NCBI GenBank assembly: GCA_963755125.1
Contig: CAVWIP010000014.1
Coordinates: 96,001 to 160,000, forward strand
Reading direction: 5' to 3'
DNA from: an uncultured delta proteobacterium
GTDB lineage: Bacteria; Myxococcota_A; Polyangia; Fen-1088
Length of the DNA: 64,000 nt
Of the stretch, positions 59,525-64,000 are shown one piece after another. Within the stretch, counting starts at the first letter, position 1. Each line of letters starts with the position of its first letter. The position numbers and the translations under genes are program-made. A model generated the notes under the pieces. That model had not been told where the DNA came from. It saw only the letters and a program-made list of their open reading frames with translations, and did no database searches.

Positions 59525-60130
59525 ATGACTCGTCTACGCCTTCTCGGTCTTTGCGCGTGCCTCGTTCTTTCGCTGACCACTATCGCGTGCGGCAGCAGCA
59601 ACAGCGGTCCACTGACCTGGGACCAGTCGCGCATCGCCAACACGAGCTCTGATTGGTGGCTGAACGCTCTCAAGGGCGAATATTACTTCTCCTTCGACAT
59701 AAGCAGTGCGTCGAACCAAAGCGACTGCACGATGTTCTCGGATGTCATGACCTTCAGCAATGCCGTCCTGGCCAAGTACAAGTCCGGCGCCGCGCCGGCC
59801 ACCATGGTCCCGGGAAGCGGCGAGGTTTCTGGCTGGACGTACGACCCAGGCCAGGTCAAGACCGCTACTGGGCCCGGGATTGCGACTGACCTGACCGGGG
59901 CCACGGATCTGATCGACGGCGGAGCAGCGGCCTTCTTCACGCCCAACTACTCGGCCACGGGCTTTGCCTGGGAGAACTACATCAACGACACCTACAAGTT
60001 GGAACTCCAGGTCTGGCAAATGGCGAGTGTGGCGAACGCCACGCAACTTTACACCGATCTCCTCACGGCCAGTTCACTCTACAGCAACGCGACCTTCACT
60101 GCTGTGCCGGCAACCTGTCCCTCTCCCTAA
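59525..60130 (+). CDS. Lipoprotein, DUF6599-related (apparently permuted)
   Basis: AGGAG RBS, TIAC lipobox; IDGGAAAFF and VWQMASVANATQLY blocks shared with 58829..59380. Confidence 0.7.
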   Translation: MTRLRLLGLCACLVLSLTTIACGSSNSGPLTWDQSRIANTSSDWWLNALKGEYYFSFDISSASNQSDCTMFSDVMTFSNAVLAKYKSGAAPATMVPGSGEVSGWTYDPGQVKTATGPGIATDLTGATDLIDGGAAAFFTPNYSATGFAWENYINDTYKLELQVWQMASVANATQLYTDLLTASSLYSNATFTAVPATCPSP

Positions 60131-60194
60131 AGCCGCTGGCCAGAGATTCTGCCAGGGATGCAGCGCCATCCCCGGCAGCGGCGTTGCTTCTCGC

Positions 60195-61430
60195 TCAGAC
60201 TTGAATCAGCGAGTAGTTCTTGCTGCCCAGGCCGGCGGCCGCGGCGTTGTCGATCCAGGGCAAGCTGCTGACTAGGGGTTTCATGCCGGCGGCAGTGCGA
60301 AGCTGGCTCATCAGAACCAGGGCGTAGCTGTCGAGTGCGACTGGGTCTTGCGCCAAGAGGATTCGCCCGGGGGTGGCATTGGGGGGAGATGAGGTGTCGC
60401 CGGAGATGACCGCGATGAGTGCGTCGACGATGGTCAGGGAAATCGAGTTGCGGATGGCCGGCAGGGCGTAGAGCTTGGGCAGCGCGGCGTTGAGGCTGTC
60501 GTGGTACAAGTCCGGGATGTCGATGATGCCGTAGATGTTCTTCATGGCTGCCGTGACGGTGGACACCCCATGGGTCTTGAACACCGGGCAGTTGATGGTG
60601 ATGTTGGTCAGGTCGGGATCAGTCAATATGCGCGACAGGCGTGGTGATTGGCACTCGATGGGCGGGCTGATGGCATCGCCGTAGCCAAGCCCGGCGGGCG
60701 TGACCGTGGCCTCGGTTTGGCCCTTCGATGTATCGAAGGGCCCGGTCAATGTTCCCAGGAGCTGGGCGCCAGCCAAATCATCGACGCTGTACTTGCCGGC
60801 GTCGTTGAGCTCACTCAGGTAGCGGTCCCACACGACAATCGTCGTCGGATCCACTCCCAACTTGTCGCGCAGGCTGGCGATGATGGCATGCACGACGGCC
60901 GGCGAAGTTGGTAACAGGCCGTTGAGGCAGTTGACCTTGAGCCCGATGCGCTGGCCGGGCCGGTAGTTCGGCAGCAGAATCTGCCACGGGTTGTCCACAC
61001 CACCGTCCGATCCGGGCTGCCCGCCGTCACCCGCTGCGCTGCCGCCATCGGCGTCAGACAGGGCTGCATTGTCCGCCTGGGCGCCGCCATCTTGCGCTGA
61101 CGATCCATTGAACAGTGCGACCTGGCTGGCCAAGGCCGTCAGGCCCGCGTCGACCATGCCCGCCACCACGTCGGCATTGATGACGTTCGTCGCTCCTGAC
61201 GTCACACTGTCCTGGCGGAAGACCTCGACCACCGTGGGCGTGACCGACGGAAACGTGCCTGCGGCTGGGCCCCCGTCAGGTTCCGGGCATGAAGCCTGCG
61301 CGGCGGCGTCTGGCCAGCGTCCGCCTACGCTGGGAAAGCAACCGGCCAGCCCGGCCACCGACGCCGCAGCCGCCGCTTTCGCGGCATCGGCCAGAATCTC
61401 GCGGCGGGTTCTGCCTTCAACTCTTGCCAT
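60195..61430 (-). CDS. DUF362-family Tat lipoprotein
   Basis: TRREIL...LAGC; IGLKVNC, TSPAVV, INCPVFKTH...AMKNIYG, DPVALD. Confidence 0.8.
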   Translation of the reverse strand: MARVEGRTRREILADAAKAAAAASVAGLAGCFPSVGGRWPDAAAQASCPEPDGGPAAGTFPSVTPTVVEVFRQDSVTSGATNVINADVVAGMVDAGLTALASQVALFNGSSAQDGGAQADNAALSDADGGSAAGDGGQPGSDGGVDNPWQILLPNYRPGQRIGLKVNCLNGLLPTSPAVVHAIIASLRDKLGVDPTTIVVWDRYLSELNDAGKYSVDDLAGAQLLGTLTGPFDTSKGQTEATVTPAGLGYGDAISPPIECQSPRLSRILTDPDLTNITINCPVFKTHGVSTVTAAMKNIYGIIDIPDLYHDSLNAALPKLYALPAIRNSISLTIVDALIAVISGDTSSPPNATPGRILLAQDPVALDSYALVLMSQLRTAAGMKPLVSSLPWIDNAAAAGLGSKNYSLIQV

Positions 61431-61562
61431 GCAACTTCTCTTTCAAGCCGTAACCGAGAAAGATTAGCATGGCCGACGTGAGTCTTCTGGTAGAATCACC
61501 TTCGGTCGGCCAAGGGCGGCGGTAACACCGCGGGGGCGCGGTCCCAGTCCGAGGATTAACAC

Positions 61563-62471
61563 ATGACAGCCATTTCCCGACGCAGTTTCGTTGGCGGCTC
61601 CCTCGCGGCAGTCGCGGCCCTTCGCTACGGGCGTGTTTTCGCCGCCGGTGAGCCCGACATCGTGGACGTTCAGGGAAGCGACCCGCAAAAGATGGTCGCG
61701 GCGGTTTTCGCGTCTCTGGGCGGCATCGGCAAGTTCGTCAAGAAAGGCGACTTTGTCGTCCTCAAGCCCAACGCGGCCTTCGCCAATCCGCCCGATTGGG
61801 GCAGCACAACCCACCCGCAGACCGTGCTTGCAGTGGCCAAAGCGTGCCTGGATGCCAAGGCCAAGGGGGTCATGATCCTGGAGTTCCCGCAAGCCAAGGG
61901 CGAGATGTGCCTCAAGCGTTGTGGTCTGCTCGAAGCCATGGCCACCTTGCCGGCCGTCAAGGTCAAGCTGCTGGCGAATTCGAGCGACTTCCAGAAGGTC
62001 GACGTCAAGGGCGGCGTGTCCCTCAAGACTGCGGACGTGGCCAAAAATCTATTGTCGGCCGACGTGTTCATCAACCTGCCTGCGGCCAAAGCGCACTATC
62101 AGGCCGCTGTTTCGCTCGGGCTGAAGAACCACATGGGATTGGTTTTCGACCGGCAGATCTTTCACACCGCCTTGGATTTGCACCAAGCCATCGCCGATCT
62201 CGGTCTGGTCATCAAGCCGAACCTCACCATCATCGACGGCACGCGCGCCTTGCTCACCAACGGCCCGGCGGGACCGGGTGACACGGCGACGCCCGGTCGC
62301 ATGGTGGCCGGCCGCCAGATCGCATCGGTCGATGCCTACGGGTTGACCCTGGCCAAGTTCAACAACAAGAGCATGACACCGGCCGACGTGAGGCACATCC
62401 AGCTTGCGGGCAAGGCGGGGTTGGGGGAAGTCGACATCGCGAAGCTGAAGGTGAAGAAGGTTTCCGCCTAG
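61563..62471 (+). CDS. DUF362-family protein with cleavable Tat signal
   Basis: SRRSFV...VFA; LGGIGKFVKKGDFVVLKPN, THPQTV, INLPAAKAH...LKNHMG, NGPAGPG. Confidence 0.88.
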   Translation: MTAISRRSFVGGSLAAVAALRYGRVFAAGEPDIVDVQGSDPQKMVAAVFASLGGIGKFVKKGDFVVLKPNAAFANPPDWGSTTHPQTVLAVAKACLDAKAKGVMILEFPQAKGEMCLKRCGLLEAMATLPAVKVKLLANSSDFQKVDVKGGVSLKTADVAKNLLSADVFINLPAAKAHYQAAVSLGLKNHMGLVFDRQIFHTALDLHQAIADLGLVIKPNLTIIDGTRALLTNGPAGPGDTATPGRMVAGRQIASVDAYGLTLAKFNNKSMTPADVRHIQLAGKAGLGEVDIAKLKVKKVSA

Positions 62472-62487
62472 GCCGGCCGTTCGCGCC

Positions 62488-64000
62488 ATGATGAGACGAG
62501 CGGCCATCGCCACAGCTCTGGTGGCGGTTGCATACGCAAATTTTGCGTGGGCCCGCATTCCGCCCCTGGCCGTGGATCCGGTCGAGGGAATGTGGATCGG
62601 CGGTGGCGAGGTCTTCATTTACCAGACGCAGGGCCGCTGGAGCGTATTCCCAGCCGGCGCCAACGTGAACAAGATGACAGTGGACGCCCAGATTGTGTGG
62701 GTGGCCACCGACGACGGCGTCATTCGCTTCGATTCACAAAGCCGGCGCTCCACCCGCATCACCATGGACGACGGCCTGCCCAGCCAGGTGGTGACCGCGG
62801 TGGCGTTCGACGACCAGTTCGTGTGGTTTGCCACCAACAAGGGTGTGGCACGCTATCGCAAGCTGGACCGGACCATCCGTGTGTACACGGAAAAGGACGG
62901 GCTGCCCTCCAAGGTGGTGAACGACGCCCTGACCGTGGGCCGCCAGGTGTGGTTTGCCACGCGCGAAGGCATTGCCTACTACAGCCCCGATGTCGACGGC
63001 CTGCGCGGCTTCGGCGAGGCCGACGGGCTGGCGGGCGCGGACGTGGCTGAACTCTATCAAGTGGCCGATGAACTGTGGTGCCGCACCGACGCCGGATTGT
63101 CGCGCTTTCGCATCGTGCAGCGTGTGTTCACCAACTTTTCGCTGGCGATGATGAAGGCGCAACAGATCCGCGTCTTCACCGTCGACGGCACCACCGTGTG
63201 GATCGGGACCGACAACGGGCTTTACACCCTCAACGACTCCGATGACTCGTTGTTGCTGTTCCCTCAGCAGGCTGGGCTCAAAGGCCGCTTCATAACCGGC
63301 GTCGAGGTGGACCCCAGCTACGTCTGGATCACGACCGACAAAGAGGTCGCCCAGTACAATCGCCTGACCCAATTCATCCGGTTCTTTACCGTGGTCGACA
63401 ACTTGACCCGAGAGGAAGGCAGCCTTGGCACAGTGCTCAACGGCTCCCTGTGGACCGTGATGTTCCCTGACGGTCCCGCGCAGGTCTACGACGAGAACCT
63501 CGACCATTTTGTGGAACGCAAGCTCGGGCTCACCGAGAGCAACGAGAGCAAGACCACCGGCCACGTTTTCGCCAGGCTCAACGCACAGACCCCCTACGAC
63601 TTCAAAGCCCACCAGTTCGACCCCAACCGCTACGACACGTCGGACGGCAATCTTTCCTTTGGCCACAGCTTCTCGGAGGATCGCAACCTGAGCGCTTCGG
63701 CACGGCTGGACTACGGCACACTGGAAACGAAAGGAATTCGCACCCTGCAGTACAACGGGGAGTACATGGGTTCGCAGAATGACGTGCTTCGCGACGTGCG
63801 CGTGCAAGACCAGCTCAAGTACCAGACCGTCGAAGAGGGCCTCGATCGGCCGCTATTGTTACAGGGCGCGTACGCGCGTGCGGCCACGCCGGGCGCGGAG
63901 CCCAAGGCCAGCGTGTCGGCGACGGGCGGGTTCCGGCGCGGGGAGCTGGTGCGCGATTTCATCACCGGGCCGCGCCAGACTACCTACCAGCTTTCGAGAA
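62488..64000 (+). CDS. Large secreted protein with Reg_prop-like beta-propeller repeats, truncated by the window end (absent from the ORF track)
   Basis: Open frame from ATG 62488 to the end; signal peptide MMRRAAIATALVAVAYANFAWA; repeated VW.AT..G and DGLPS..V blades; then amphipathic beta strands. Confidence 0.85.
   Translation, partial: MMRRAAIATALVAVAYANFAWARIPPLAVDPVEGMWIGGGEVFIYQTQGRWSVFPAGANVNKMTVDAQIVWVATDDGVIRFDSQSRRSTRITMDDGLPSQVVTAVAFDDQFVWFATNKGVARYRKLDRTIRVYTEKDGLPSKVVNDALTVGRQVWFATREGIAYYSPDVDGLRGFGEADGLAGADVAELYQVADELWCRTDAGLSRFRIVQRVFTNFSLAMMKAQQIRVFTVDGTTVWIGTDNGLYTLNDSDDSLLLFPQQAGLKGRFITGVEVDPSYVWITTDKEVAQYNRLTQFIRFFTVVDNLTREEGSLGTVLNGSLWTVMFPDGPAQVYDENLDHFVERKLGLTESNESKTTGHVFARLNAQTPYDFKAHQFDPNRYDTSDGNLSFGHSFSEDRNLSASARLDYGTLETKGIRTLQYNGEYMGSQNDVLRDVRVQDQLKYQTVEEGLDRPLLLQGAYARAATPGAEPKASVSATGGFRRGELVRDFITGPRQTTYQLSR

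Overview
GC-rich bacterial chromosome segment, most consistent with an anaerobic Myxococcota (Polyangia-like) organism. This is an inference from the Ser/Thr kinase with PEGA domain, a MYXO-CTERM-like tail, Gly/Ser-linker lipoproteins and HEAT-repeat chemosensory genes. Left to right: a tandem-repeat lipoprotein next to tRNA-Ala(GGC); ilvC; a Ycf46-type AAA ATPase; a 10-gene chemosensory operon with GAF, DUF4388 and two HEAT-repeat proteins; an orphan PilC-like gene; a run of 8 co-oriented envelope/signalling genes; an intact IS4-family element with a 9-bp target duplication; a small Sm-fold-like gene and acyP; a membrane Fe-S/CCG oxidoreductase divergent from Trm112-like/paaK; two linker-rich lipoproteins. 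Then a 15-kb H2 island: rex, a sensory [FeFe]-hydrogenase fused to a histidine kinase, a hybrid kinase, hydG-aspA-hydF-hydE, a trimeric [FeFe]-hydrogenase whose NuoF-like subunit is fused to a GltD/NfnL-like module, and a lone receiver, with tandem Rex-like boxes at both promoters. Last, an uncharacterised export/redox cluster: a NapH-NapG-like fusion, three Tat-signal DUF362 paralogues with three different predicted anchors, two DUF6599-like proteins (one apparently circularly permuted) and a beta-propeller protein running off the window. Best candidates for a new system are the Tat-DUF362/NapGH cluster and the H2-sensing phosphorelay with the dual-flavin hydrogenase. All family assignments come from motif recognition by eye; no searches were run.
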